Shown piece after piece: positions 28,930 to 38,467 of a stretch of 59,543 bases of DNA. The notes beneath the pieces are model-generated. The model did not search any database and had not been told where the DNA came from. It saw only the letters and a program-made list of their open reading frames with translations. The stretch's first letter is position 1; the number at the start of each line of letters is the position of its first letter. The position numbers were made by a program, and so were the translations under genes. The DNA comes from Propionibacterium sp. (GTDB lineage: Bacteria; Actinomycetota; Actinomycetes; Propionibacteriales; Propionibacteriaceae), in the NCBI GenBank assembly GCA_012838755.1, contig DUOQ01000286.1, forward strand, positions 1 to 59,543, read 5' to 3'.

Positions 28930-30306
28930 TCAGTCGCGCACCGAGATGTGGACGTGGTCGTAGTGGTTGGCCGTGTAGCCGCCACGGTCCTCCATCCAGC
29001 GCCACCCGCGGTCGGGGTAGGAGGCGTTCCAGATCTGCTGGCGCCAGATGATGTAGGTGATCTTGTACTTCGCGGCGTTGGCCTGGAAGTCGCGCGCGAT
29101 CGCCCAGCCGTAGTCGATGCTCGACTGCTGCGACCAGTTCGACACCATGATGTCGACCGCACGCCCGTTCGGGTGGTCGGAGGAGTAGCTGCTCGAGGCG
29201 CGGTAGCCACCGATCGTCCGGATCTTCGGGTAGGTGTCCAGCACGTGCTGCACGACAGCCTTGGAGTTGGCGTTGAGCCGGTCGTAGCCCGGCAGCGACA
29301 CCGACGTCGAGGGCGCGGGCGCCGGGCTCGTGCTCGGGGCGGTCGAGGTCGTGTAGGCCTTGAACACCCAGCGGGCGGCGCCGTTGTGGAGGATCTCCTG
29401 GCGGTCACCGATGACCCGGCCGGTGGTCGGCAGGGCGGCACCGCGGTAGACGGTCGCGACGACGGTGCTGTCGGGGGCCGACGTGGCCCGGACGTACAGG
29501 GAACCCACGTTCACGTAGATCGTGCCCGAGGCGGCCGGGGCCGGCGTCGGTGCCGGGGCGGTCGTCGAGACGGTCGTGGTGTAGCGGGTGGCGATCCAGC
29601 GGTTCTTCCCGCCGTGGATGATCTCGGTGTAGTCCCTCGTCGTGTTGCCGGTGGTCTCGACGATCGAGTTCGCGGGCAGGACGCCGCTGTACGGGTGGCT
29701 CAGGCTGCCGCCCGAACGCAGGTAGAGGTTCGCGGTCGTGCGGACCTGCCCGGCCGGCTTGCTGGTCGACACGGTGCCGGTGGTCAGGTAGTTGGTCGAG
29801 ATCCAGCGGGACTGGCCCGCGTGGATGACCTCGGTCCACCCTCCCGACGTCTTCCCCGTCGTCGGGAGGGTGGTGCCCTTGGCTGCCACCGCGACCGCGG
29901 TGTAGCTGGTTCCGGGGCCGGTGCGCACGTTGACGGCGGCGATCGTCGTGGCCGAGCCGGACGCCGTGGGCGTGGTCGGGCCGGACGGTGCCGACGGCGC
30001 GGGGGCCGAGGACTCGCTGGCCTTGAGGTAGTTCTGGTAGACCCAGCCGGCCCGGCCGGACGCCGTGGTGACCTGGTACCAGCCACCGCTGACCTGCCCG
30101 GACGCCGTGACGGCCTCGGACGGCGCGAGGACCGCGACCACACCGTTGGACGTCGAGGGGCCCGACCGCATGTTCACCCAGGTCGTCGCGGTCATGGTCT
30201 GGCTCGCGTTCGCGGTCGCGGCGATCACCAGACCGCTCGCCCCCAGCGTCGTGAGGGCCAGGCAGCCCCCCACCAGTGCGGTGGCCAACCTGCCAGCTCG
30301 CTTCAC
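28930..30306 (-). CDS. Secreted multi-SH3b (4 repeats) cell-wall protein with a C-terminal Zn-peptidase-like (LAS/M15-like) domain
   Basis: Signal peptide; repeats VNMRSGP/VNVRTGP/LYLRSG/LYVRA; DHPNGRAVD...HYDHVHIS. Confidence 0.85.
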   Translation of the reverse strand: MKRAGRLATALVGGCLALTTLGASGLVIAATANASQTMTATTWVNMRSGPSTSNGVVAVLAPSEAVTASGQVSGGWYQVTTASGRAGWVYQNYLKASESSAPAPSAPSGPTTPTASGSATTIAAVNVRTGPGTSYTAVAVAAKGTTLPTTGKTSGGWTEVIHAGQSRWISTNYLTTGTVSTSKPAGQVRTTANLYLRSGGSLSHPYSGVLPANSIVETTGNTTRDYTEIIHGGKNRWIATRYTTTVSTTAPAPTPAPAASGTIYVNVGSLYVRATSAPDSTVVATVYRGAALPTTGRVIGDRQEILHNGAARWVFKAYTTSTAPSTSPAPAPSTSVSLPGYDRLNANSKAVVQHVLDTYPKIRTIGGYRASSSYSSDHPNGRAVDIMVSNWSQQSSIDYGWAIARDFQANAAKYKITYIIWRQQIWNASYPDRGWRWMEDRGGYTANHYDHVHISVRD

Positions 30307-30561
30307 GTGAATCTCCCCCTGTTGCACAGTTGCCTAGGTCAGTAGAAGCCGACGCGCGGGGTTGCAGCAAGCGGTTCCTGAGAGTTCCTTCAGGGTTCCC
30401 CGGGTGACACGCGAGGGCGCGGGGCGGTAATCCCACGGGTGTCATTTGGCGTAGTCGGAAGCGTTTGCCACTGTCAGGCCGCACTTCGCCCCCCTCGGGG
30501 TGGCGCGGGCCGGGGACGCCTTCCCGGGTCGGAGGTGACCCCAAGAGTCCCCTGAGAGATC

Positions 30562-31191
30562 TCAACCAGAGGTTGAGGGTGTGTCGACCCACGAGTTGTC
30601 CAGGTCGGCGACCCAGGACGAGCAGGTCCCGCGGTGCGACTCGGGCCACCAGCCGGAGCGCAGGTCGGCGTCCGGGACCACCACCGTCCCGCACAGCGAC
30701 GCCGCCCGTGCGAGGAGGTCGGGGTCGGCCAGTTCGAGGGGGACGGTCGTGACCCGGCCCGTGCGGTGGTTGGCACGCAGGGTGCCGAGCAGCCCGAAAC
30801 CGAAGGTGGGGGCGACGAGGACCAGTGCCTGTCCCCGGGCCTGCGCCGAGTCGAGCAGCGGCAGGATCAGGCGCTCGTCGTCGAGGGCGGCGTCGGTGAC
30901 GACCACCAACGGGTCGCGGACCGCCGCCACGCCACGAGCCGGGTGCGTCAGGAACTCGCGGTCGGCCAGGGCCGCCGGGAGCGTCGGCTCGGGGCTGCGT
31001 CCTGCCAGCAGGGTGGAGAGTTCGGCATCCGGCAGGCCGGGTGGGGGAGCGGTCGACGCCAGGGCGTCCTCGGTCGTGAAACCCCCGGAGGCCGCCAGGC
31101 GTTGCCGGCGGCGGTCCCACCACCAGCCGCCGAGGATGACCGCGGCGCCGAGCACCAGCACCACCGGGATGCCCCACCACGGAGGGTTCAT
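30562..31191 (-). CDS. Membrane-anchored protein with a GroEL apical-domain-like region
   Basis: N-terminal TM; AAVRDPLVVVTD..LILPLLD..GQALVLVA..LLGTLRAN..G. Confidence 0.65.
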   Translation of the reverse strand: MNPPWWGIPVVLVLGAAVILGGWWWDRRRQRLAASGGFTTEDALASTAPPPGLPDAELSTLLAGRSPEPTLPAALADREFLTHPARGVAAVRDPLVVVTDAALDDERLILPLLDSAQARGQALVLVAPTFGFGLLGTLRANHRTGRVTTVPLELADPDLLARAASLCGTVVVPDADLRSGWWPESHRGTCSSWVADLDNSWVDTPSTSG

Positions 31192-31228
31192 GCGCCCACT
31201 GTACGGGCGCCGCTAGAGTTGTCCGCCG

Positions 31229-31301
31229 GGGCCTATAGCTCAACTGGCAGAGCAACGGACTTTTAATCCGTGGGTTCTGGGTTCGATCCCCAGTGGGCCC
31301 A
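31229..31301 (+). tRNA. tRNA-Lys (anticodon UUU), CCA not encoded
   Basis: GGGCCTA/TGGGCCC acceptor stem, D arm GCTC..GAGC, anticodon loop CTTTTAA, GGTTCGATCC. Confidence 0.97.
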
Positions 31302-31638
31302 CCTCACCACGCGTGTTGCCTCGCTGGGGGCCGCTCGGCCCACCACCCCGACTCCGAGTTCGTCCACGATGGCCGGCTTGCCGATGGCGGGCGCAGGTCG
31401 GCGTCCGGTACCCCGGTGACACCAACCGCGCGGCGCGCGCACGCGCTCCTGTACGGCTACACCGACGCCGACTGGGACTTCCACCCCACCCCGGACGCCG
31501 CAACCGCGGCCACGCTGGGCAAGGACCCGGGCCTGGCCCGCGGGCGCCGACACCCCTTCTACGACCGCCTCACCGGGCCGATCAGCCAGCGCGAGGTGGA
31601 CGCCGTCCTGACTGGTTCGCCCACCCGACGGGCGCCCC

Positions 31639-32763
31639 TCAGCGCGCGACGGCCAGGCGGTCGGGCAGGCTGAGCCGGGCGATGGTCCGCCAGGTCTGGG
31701 CGATCTGGCGGTGCAGCGGCCCGGCGGTGTACTTCAGTCCGTAGCGCTCGCAGATCTCCTGCACCTTGGGCGCCACCTGGGCATACCGGTTCGACGGCAT
31801 GTCGGGGAACAGGTGGTGCTCGATCTGGTGGCTGAGGTTGCCGGTCATGATGTGGAACAGCTTCCCGCCGGTCAGGTTGGCCGAGCCGAGCATCTGCCGG
31901 ATGTACCAGTCGCCCCGGTTCTCGCCCTCGATGGACTCCTCGGGGAACGACTCGACCTCGTCGGGGAAGTGCCCGCAGAAGATCACCGTGTGGGCCCAGA
32001 TGTTGCGGATCGTGTTGGCCAGGAACGTACCCAGCAGCGCCGTCGGCCCCGACCGGGTGGCCAGGTGGGCCAACAGGGGGGTGCCCGCGTAGTCCTTGCC
32101 GACCATGCGGGCGAACTTCACGCCGACGGCCTTGAGGTCGTCGACCAGTGACTTCTTCGACTTGCGCCCGGCCTTGACCTCGTCGAGTTCGAGGTCGTAG
32201 ATCGCGATGCCCCATTCGAAGAACGGCGCCAGGATCGCGTTGATCGGAACGTTGAGCAGGAACCGCGGCTCCCACGGCTGCTCGCGGCTCACGCGCAGCA
32301 CCGAGTAGCCGACGTCGCGGTCCTTGCCGACGACGTTGGTCCACGTGTGGTGCACGTCGTTGTGGGTGTGCTTCCAGCCCTTCGCCGGCGCGACGAAGTC
32401 CCACTCCCAGGTGGTCGAGTGGATGTCGGGGTCGCGCATCCAGTCCCACTGCCCGTGGATCACGTTGTGCCCGATCTCCATGTTCTCCAAGATCTTCGAC
32501 AGCGCGAGCATGCCGGTGCCCACCACGAACGCGGCCGGACGCCGTGCGCCCAGCAGCACCGCCCGGCCACCGACCTCGAGCATGCGCTGCATCTGGATGA
32601 CCCGCTTGATGTAGGCCGCGTCGGCCGAGCCGAGCGAGTCCATCACCTCGGCGCGGATGGCGTCCAGCTCGCGGCCCAGTTCGTCGACCTGGGCGCGGGT
32701 CAGGTGGGACGCCCCCGGGATGCGGGCGATGTCGTGGGCGTCGGGCAGCGCGATCGTGGTCAT
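31639..32763 (-). CDS. Acyl-CoA fatty acid desaturase (DesA3-like)
   Basis: His boxes HNVIH, HNDVHH, QIEHHLFP. Confidence 0.93.
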   Translation of the reverse strand: MTTIALPDAHDIARIPGASHLTRAQVDELGRELDAIRAEVMDSLGSADAAYIKRVIQMQRMLEVGGRAVLLGARRPAAFVVGTGMLALSKILENMEIGHNVIHGQWDWMRDPDIHSTTWEWDFVAPAKGWKHTHNDVHHTWTNVVGKDRDVGYSVLRVSREQPWEPRFLLNVPINAILAPFFEWGIAIYDLELDEVKAGRKSKKSLVDDLKAVGVKFARMVGKDYAGTPLLAHLATRSGPTALLGTFLANTIRNIWAHTVIFCGHFPDEVESFPEESIEGENRGDWYIRQMLGSANLTGGKLFHIMTGNLSHQIEHHLFPDMPSNRYAQVAPKVQEICERYGLKYTAGPLHRQIAQTWRTIARLSLPDRLAVAR

Positions 32764-32775
32764 GGGGCCTCCGGT

Positions 32776-33831
32776 TCAGGCATCGAGTTGGACGTCGCCC
32801 GCGGGAGCGGACACGCAGGTACGGATGAGGTCGCCGGGGTCGCCGTGCACCTCACCGGTGGTGAGGTCACGGACCCGGCCGGCGTCCAGCTTGGTCAGGC
32901 AGGTGCGGCAGATGCCCATGCGGCAGCCGCTGGGCAGGGCCACGCCGTCGGCCTCGCCCGCCTCGAGGAGGGTGGTGGCGCCGTCGACGGCCACCTCGCG
33001 GTCGGACCGCGTGAACGTGACCGTGCCGCCCTCTCCGGCGGGTCCGTCGACACGGGAGACGTTGAAGCGCTCCATCGTGAGGTGGTCGCCCGCGCCCTCA
33101 TCGGCCCACAGGCGCTCGGCGTCGGCCACCATTCCCTCGGGGCCGCAGACATAGGCCGCTCGGTCCCTCCAGTCGGGGCACAGGCGGTCGAGGGTGTCCA
33201 CCGTGGTGAGGTCGAGGCGTCCCTGCTCGCCCGACAGCCACAGCATGTGCTGGACATTCGGGGCCGACTGGGCGAGGGCGTCCAGCTCGTCGACGAACAG
33301 GGCGTCGGCCCGGGTGCGGGCCGCGTGCAGCACGACCACGTCGGCGTCGGCGCGGCGCCCGGCGAGCGTGCGCAGCATCGACATGACCGGGGTGATGCCG
33401 CTACCGCCGGTGATCATCAGCAGCGGGCGCGGGTGCTCGGGCAGGACGAACTCCCCCTGCGGGGGGTCGAGGTAGAGGATGTCGCCGCGGCGCACCCGGC
33501 GGACCAGCTCGCCGGACACCTGGCCGATGTCGGTCACGGTGATGGCCGGGTCCTGGCCCGGCGCGGTCGACAGGGAGTACGAGCGCCAGTGCCGCACGCC
33601 GTCGATCTCGACCCCGACCCGCACCCACTGGCCGGCCTGGTGCTCCCGCCAGCCGGGCGGCGCGTGGAACCGGATCGTGGCCGTGCGGGGCCCCTCGCGG
33701 ACCACCTTGGTCACCCGGGCGCGTGGCTGCTTGCTCGAGTAGCGGGGGTCGAAGAGGGCGGTGATGTCGTCCACGTGCAGGGGGTAGGTGAGTGCAGAGA
33801 TGATCTCGGCCAGTGGCCGTCGTCGGCGCAT
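32776..33831 (-). CDS. Ferredoxin reductase (FAD/NAD + 2Fe-2S), desaturase partner
   Basis: RSYSLS, GGSGITP, YVCGP, GCRMGICRTC. Confidence 0.93.
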   Translation of the reverse strand: MRRRRPLAEIISALTYPLHVDDITALFDPRYSSKQPRARVTKVVREGPRTATIRFHAPPGWREHQAGQWVRVGVEIDGVRHWRSYSLSTAPGQDPAITVTDIGQVSGELVRRVRRGDILYLDPPQGEFVLPEHPRPLLMITGGSGITPVMSMLRTLAGRRADADVVVLHAARTRADALFVDELDALAQSAPNVQHMLWLSGEQGRLDLTTVDTLDRLCPDWRDRAAYVCGPEGMVADAERLWADEGAGDHLTMERFNVSRVDGPAGEGGTVTFTRSDREVAVDGATTLLEAGEADGVALPSGCRMGICRTCLTKLDAGRVRDLTTGEVHGDPGDLIRTCVSAPAGDVQLDA

Positions 33832-33857
33832 CCACTTCCTCCCTCCGGGAAGACTTC

Positions 33858-33875
33858 ACCTACGGTCCCGTAGGT
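33858..33875. promoter_or_regulatory. Palindromic operator ACCTACGG-TC-CCGTAGGT upstream of the desaturase operon
   Basis: Perfect 8-bp inverted repeat. Confidence 0.7.
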
Positions 33876-34003
33876 ATGTGGGTCAGTCTACCCGGCCCCG
33901 CGGGTCCCCGGTCGGTCCCATGTGCGCGAATGGGGTCGATGCGGAAACATGGGTCATGGAATTGCGCGCCGGATCGGCCGCGCCGCGACGAGGAGGTCAT
34001 TCA

Positions 34004-34999
34004 ATGGAGAAGTTCATGCTGGCGGGGCACAACCTCGGGCTGGACTTGATGCGCGCCACCGAGGCCGCGGCCCTGGCCGCCGGCCGCTGGGCCGGGCGTG
34101 GTGACAAGGAGTCGGGCGACAAGGCGGCGGTGGACGCGATGCGCCACATCCTGAACCAGGTCCGCATGGCCGGCACGATCGTGATCGGTGAGGGCGAGAA
34201 GGACGAGGCCCCCATGCTCGCCAACGGCGAGAAGGTCGGCAACGGCTGGGGCGACCGCATCGACATCGCCGTTGACCCGGTCGACGGCACGCGCCTGCTG
34301 GCGTGGGGCATGCGCAACTCGATCGCGGTGCTCGCCGCGGCCGAGGGCGGCACGATGTACGACCCGCACATGTGCTTCTACATGGAGAAGCTCGTGGTCA
34401 GCGCCAACGCCGCCGACGTGATCGACCTGGACGCCCCGATCGCCGACAACATCGCCAAGGTCGCCAAGGCCGAGGGCAAGGACGTCTCCGAGATCGTCGT
34501 CGGCGTGTTGAACCGCGAGCGCCACAACGACCTGGTCCGGGAGATCCGCGAGGCCGGCGCCGCGACCCGCATGTTCACCGACGGTGACGTGGCCGCCGCC
34601 GTGGCCGCCGCGACCCCCGGTGTGAAGATCGACATGCTCGCCGGCATCGGTGGCAGCCCCGAGGGCGTCGTCACCGCGTGCGCCATGAAGAGCCTGGGTG
34701 GCCGCATCCTGGCCCGCCTGCACCCGACCACCGACGAGGAGCGCGCGAAGACCGCCGAGGCCGGCTTCGACGTCGACAAGGTGCTCGACACCAGCGACCT
34801 CGTGGGTTCGGACAAGACCCTGTTCGTCGCCACCGGCATCACCGACGGCGACCTGGTCGACGGCGTCCGCTACCTGCCCAACGGCAGCGCGCGCACCCAC
34901 TCGGTCGTCATGCGCTCCGAGTCCGGCACGGTCCGCTGGGTCGAGGCGCACCACCAGCTCGAGAAGGTCCGCAGCTGGCGCGAGCACCACGGCGGCTGA
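34004..34999 (+). CDS. glpX: Class II fructose-1,6-bisphosphatase
   Basis: VIGEGEKDEAPML, DPVDGT, DGDV, GIGGSPEG, ATGITDG. Confidence 0.96.
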   Translation: MEKFMLAGHNLGLDLMRATEAAALAAGRWAGRGDKESGDKAAVDAMRHILNQVRMAGTIVIGEGEKDEAPMLANGEKVGNGWGDRIDIAVDPVDGTRLLAWGMRNSIAVLAAAEGGTMYDPHMCFYMEKLVVSANAADVIDLDAPIADNIAKVAKAEGKDVSEIVVGVLNRERHNDLVREIREAGAATRMFTDGDVAAAVAAATPGVKIDMLAGIGGSPEGVVTACAMKSLGGRILARLHPTTDEERAKTAEAGFDVDKVLDTSDLVGSDKTLFVATGITDGDLVDGVRYLPNGSARTHSVVMRSESGTVRWVEAHHQLEKVRSWREHHGG

Positions 35000-35409
35000 T
35001 GTTCTCCCGACGCGCAGCGCTCGCGCTGCTCGGACTCGGCCTCGTCGGCTGCGCGGCCCCTGCGCAGCCGGCATCCGGGGCGGCCGGCGGCTACGGCCAG
35101 ACGCTGGACGCCGCGGGCTTCGCCGAGCTCGTGGCCCGGCCGGGCGTGGTCGTCCTCGACGTCCGCACCCCGGCCGAGTTCGCGGCCGGGCACCTGCCCG
35201 ACGCCGTGAACATCGACGTCCAGGCGGCCGACTTCGCCGAGCGGATCGGCACCCTCGACCCACAGGCGACCCACGCCGTGTACTGCCGCTCGGGCAACCG
35301 GTCCCAGGTCGCGCTCGACACCCTGCGGCAGGCCGGGTTCGTCGACGCCCACCACCTCGGCGGTGGCATCGGCGCCTGGCAGGCTGCTGGCGGCGACGTC
35401 GTCCGGTGA
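34999..35409 (+). CDS. Rhodanese-domain lipoprotein (twin-Arg + lipobox)
   Basis: MFSRRAAL..LVGC; LDVRT..F..GHLP; VYCRSGNRS. Confidence 0.88.
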   Translation: MFSRRAALALLGLGLVGCAAPAQPASGAAGGYGQTLDAAGFAELVARPGVVVLDVRTPAEFAAGHLPDAVNIDVQAADFAERIGTLDPQATHAVYCRSGNRSQVALDTLRQAGFVDAHHLGGGIGAWQAAGGDVVR

Positions 35410-35474
35410 ACTGTCGACACGCTCGTCCCCCTAGTCTCCCGTCGGGCCCCCGTCGCGGGCGTCACCGCAGACGC

Positions 35475-35624
35475 CCGGAGGCCACGGGCACCGGGACGAT
35501 GATGTCGGTCAACTCCTACAGCTACTCCGGCTCGAGCGGCATGCACGGTCCGAAGCTGAATTCGCTGGCCCAGTCGCTGTACTCGGCCTCCCAGGGCGCC
35601 AGCGCCAACCGCGTGGTGGGCTGA
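35475..35624 (+). pseudogene. Possible C-terminal remnant of a secreted trypsin/V8-like serine protease, or a small ORF from ATG 35499
   Basis: EATGTGTMMSVNSYSY..MHGPKLNSLAQSLY resembles actinobacterial protease C-termini; no N-terminus present. Confidence 0.4.
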
Positions 35625-35662
35625 CGCGGCACGAACGCCCGGCTCCCCGGGCACCGTGACCC

Positions 35663-35706
35663 AGCGCTCCCGCTCTGATGCACACGTGCATCAGAGCGGG
35701 AGCGCT
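35663..35706. terminator. Perfect 21-bp inverted repeat (terminator-like)
   Basis: AGCGCTCCCGCTCTGATGCAC-AC-GTGCATCAGAGCGGGAGCGCT. Confidence 0.65.
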
Positions 35707-35829
35707 TCGCTTCCCGTCCCCTGCGGCCCCGACCCACCGTCCGCAGGGCGGGGCAGAAAGTGAAGAATCAAAGGCAGGTCTCGGATTCAGGCATAGATTT
35801 TCCTGTCTATGCCGGGGTATCGTCCCGGA

Positions 35830-37158
35830 ATGGTTGACACGATCTCGCCCGCAACGATCACGCCTGACCAGGTCTTCGCCTCGCTCGGACGCCACATCCT
35901 CGTGGACGGCATGCCCCTGGTCCTGGACCTCAAGCGCTCCCGGGGCACGACCCTGGTCGACGAGGCCACCGGCGACGAGTTCCTCGACATGTTCACGTTC
36001 TTCGCCAGCAACGCGCTGGGCATGAACCACCCCGGCCTGACCGAGGACGCGGCCTTCAAGGAGGAACTGCTCGAGGCCGCCCTCAACAAGCCCTCGAACT
36101 CCGACATCTACACCGTGGCGATGGCCCGCTTCGTCGACACGTTCGCCCGCGTCATGGGCACCGACGAGATGCCCCACTACTTCTTCATCGAGGGCGGCAG
36201 CCTCGCGGTCGAGAACGCCCTCAAGACGGCCTTCGACTGGAAGTCCCGCCAGAACGAGGCCGCGGGTCGCAGCCCCGAGCTCGGCACGAAGATCATGCAC
36301 CTGCAGGAGGCCTTCCACGGCCGCTCCGGCTACACGATGAGCCTCACCAACACCGACCCGAACAAGGTCGCGCGCTTCCCGAAGTTCGACTGGCCGCGCC
36401 TGTCGACCCCGTACTGGGCCGCCGAGCGCGACATGGACGCCGTCGAGGCGGCGACCCTGGCCGAGGCCGCTGCGGCCTTCGAGGCGAACCCGCACGACAT
36501 CGCGGCCTTCATCATGGAGCCGATCCAGGGCGAGGGCGGCGACCACCGCTTCCGCCAGGGGTTCCTCGAGAAGATGAAGGAGCTGTGCCACGCCAACGAT
36601 GCCCTGTTCCTGTTCGATGAGGTGCAGACCGGCGGCGGCATGACCGGCACGCCGTGGGCCTGGCAGCACTACGGGGTGGCCCCCGACGTGATGAGCTTCG
36701 GCAAGAAGCTGCAGGTCTGCGGCATCACCGCCGGTGGTCGCGTCGACGAGGTCGAGCAGAACGTGTTCAAGGTCTCCAGCCGGATCAACTCGACCTGGGG
36801 CGGCAACCTGACCGACATGGTCCGCTCGCGCCGCATCATGGAGGTCATCGAGTCCGAGGACCTGATGGGCCGCGCCCGCAGCGAGGGCGAGCACCTGCTG
36901 GCCCGCCTCGAGGACGTCCAGGCCCGTCACGGCATCGTCAGCAACGCGCGCGGCCTCGGTCTCATGTGCGCCATCTCGCTGCCCGACACCGCCACGCGGG
37001 ACGAGGCGATCCGCCGCCTGTCCGCCGACGAGCGCGTCCTCATGCTGGGCTGCGGCCGCCGGTCGCTGCGCGTCCGCCCGCCGCTGACGGTCGAGCGTGC
37101 GGCCATCGACCGCGCCGTGGACGCCATCGACCGAGTCCTCACGGGGCTGGAGGCCTGA
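35830..37158 (+). CDS. lat: L-lysine 6-aminotransferase
   Basis: NKPSNSD, AVENALK.AFDWK, FHGRSGYT, EPIQGEGGD, DEVQTG, FGKK, SRINSTWGG. Confidence 0.93.
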   Translation: MVDTISPATITPDQVFASLGRHILVDGMPLVLDLKRSRGTTLVDEATGDEFLDMFTFFASNALGMNHPGLTEDAAFKEELLEAALNKPSNSDIYTVAMARFVDTFARVMGTDEMPHYFFIEGGSLAVENALKTAFDWKSRQNEAAGRSPELGTKIMHLQEAFHGRSGYTMSLTNTDPNKVARFPKFDWPRLSTPYWAAERDMDAVEAATLAEAAAAFEANPHDIAAFIMEPIQGEGGDHRFRQGFLEKMKELCHANDALFLFDEVQTGGGMTGTPWAWQHYGVAPDVMSFGKKLQVCGITAGGRVDEVEQNVFKVSSRINSTWGGNLTDMVRSRRIMEVIESEDLMGRARSEGEHLLARLEDVQARHGIVSNARGLGLMCAISLPDTATRDEAIRRLSADERVLMLGCGRRSLRVRPPLTVERAAIDRAVDAIDRVLTGLEA

Positions 37159-37159
37159 C

Positions 37160-38467
37160 GTGTACGACACCCACGCCCTGCGTGCCGCCTTCGCACGGCA
37201 CCTGTCGGCCATGTACGGCACGGAGGTGCCGGCCTACAACACGCTGGTCGACACCTCGACCGCCGTGAACACCGACCACCTCACGGCCCACCCCGGCACC
37301 GCCGAGCGCCTCGGCACGATCGACCGGGTGACCGCGGAGCGGCACGGCGCCATCCGCGTCGGCACCGCCCGCGAGCTCGCCCGGGTGGCGCAGATCTTCG
37401 CCGCGCTCGGCATGGAGCCCGTGGGCTTCTACGACCTGCGCGGGGACGCCGCCACGAGCCTGCCCATCGTCTCGACGGCGTTCCGCCCGACGACCCCGGA
37501 GGCCCTGGCGCTGAACCCCTTCCGGGTGTTCACCTCCGTGCTCGTCACGGACGACCGCCGCTATTTCGACGCCGACCTGCAGGAGGAGCTGGACGCCTTC
37601 CTCGCCTCCCGCGAGCTGTTCCCCGATCCCGTGGTGGAGCTGGCGGCGAAGGCCGAGGCCGAGGGCGGGCTCGAGGACGACGAGGCCGAGCGCTTCCTGC
37701 GCGAGGCCACGGCCTGCTTCGAGCTCACCACCGAGCCGGTGGACCGCGCCTGGTACCAGCGCCTGGCCGCCATCTCGGGGGTGGCCGCCGACATCGGCGG
37801 GGTGCCGCGCACGCACATCAACCACCTCACCCCGCGGGTGCTCGACATCGACGACCTCTACGTCCGGATGACCGAGCAGGGCATCACGATGATCGACGAG
37901 ATCCAGGGCCCGCCCGCCTGGGAGGGCCCCGACGTGCTACTGCGGCAGACCTCGTTCAAGGCCCTGGCCGAGCGCCGCCGCTTCCGCGAGGAGGACGGAT
38001 CGGTCGTCGACGGCACCCTGTCGGTCCGCTTCGGCGAGGTCGAGCAGCGCGGCATCGCGCTCACCCCGGCCGGCCGCGAGCTGTACGACCGCATGGTCGT
38101 CGAGGTCGATGAGCGCGCCGCCGGCGTGACTCCCGAGGAGCGCGACGCCATCAAGAAGGACGTCTGGCGCGCCCACCTGCCGCCCACCGAGGACGGGCTC
38201 GAGGAACAGGGCCTGGCCTTCTTCGAGTGGAAGGTCGTCGATGGCGAGGTCGTCCGGACGCCCATCGTCTACGAGGACTTCCTGCCGCGCTCGGCGGCCG
38301 GGATCTTCGCCTCCAACCTCGACGACGCCGGCAGCCGCGACACCACGCTCGAGGGCAGCCAGCGCGACGAGCACTGGCTCGCCGAGGCGATGCAGCGCAC
38401 CGTCCACGACCCCATGGCCCTGTACCGGGCCCAGTCCGACGCGTCCAGGAAGGACATCGACCGATGA
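37160..38467 (+). CDS. hglS: DUF1338 2-oxoadipate dioxygenase/decarboxylase (HglS/YdcJ)
   Basis: MY..EVP.Y, ERHGAIRVG, NPFRVFTS, HINHLTPR, LLRQTSF, RFGEVEQRG, YEDFLPRSAAGIF. Confidence 0.88.
   Translation: MYDTHALRAAFARHLSAMYGTEVPAYNTLVDTSTAVNTDHLTAHPGTAERLGTIDRVTAERHGAIRVGTARELARVAQIFAALGMEPVGFYDLRGDAATSLPIVSTAFRPTTPEALALNPFRVFTSVLVTDDRRYFDADLQEELDAFLASRELFPDPVVELAAKAEAEGGLEDDEAERFLREATACFELTTEPVDRAWYQRLAAISGVAADIGGVPRTHINHLTPRVLDIDDLYVRMTEQGITMIDEIQGPPAWEGPDVLLRQTSFKALAERRRFREEDGSVVDGTLSVRFGEVEQRGIALTPAGRELYDRMVVEVDERAAGVTPEERDAIKKDVWRAHLPPTEDGLEEQGLAFFEWKVVDGEVVRTPIVYEDFLPRSAAGIFASNLDDAGSRDTTLEGSQRDEHWLAEAMQRTVHDPMALYRAQSDASRKDIDR

Noticed and set aside
30307-30561. c-di-AMP or glycine riboswitch upstream of the SH3 gene
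   Set aside because: Only isolated words (GGGGAACC, CTCTCAGG) are present; the rest of either consensus is missing
31229-31673. Integrative element at tRNA-Lys, and the ORF 31293-31673
   Set aside because: No integrase and no duplicated tRNA 3' end in the window. The ORF overlaps the tRNA and lacks a credible start; at most a gene remnant.
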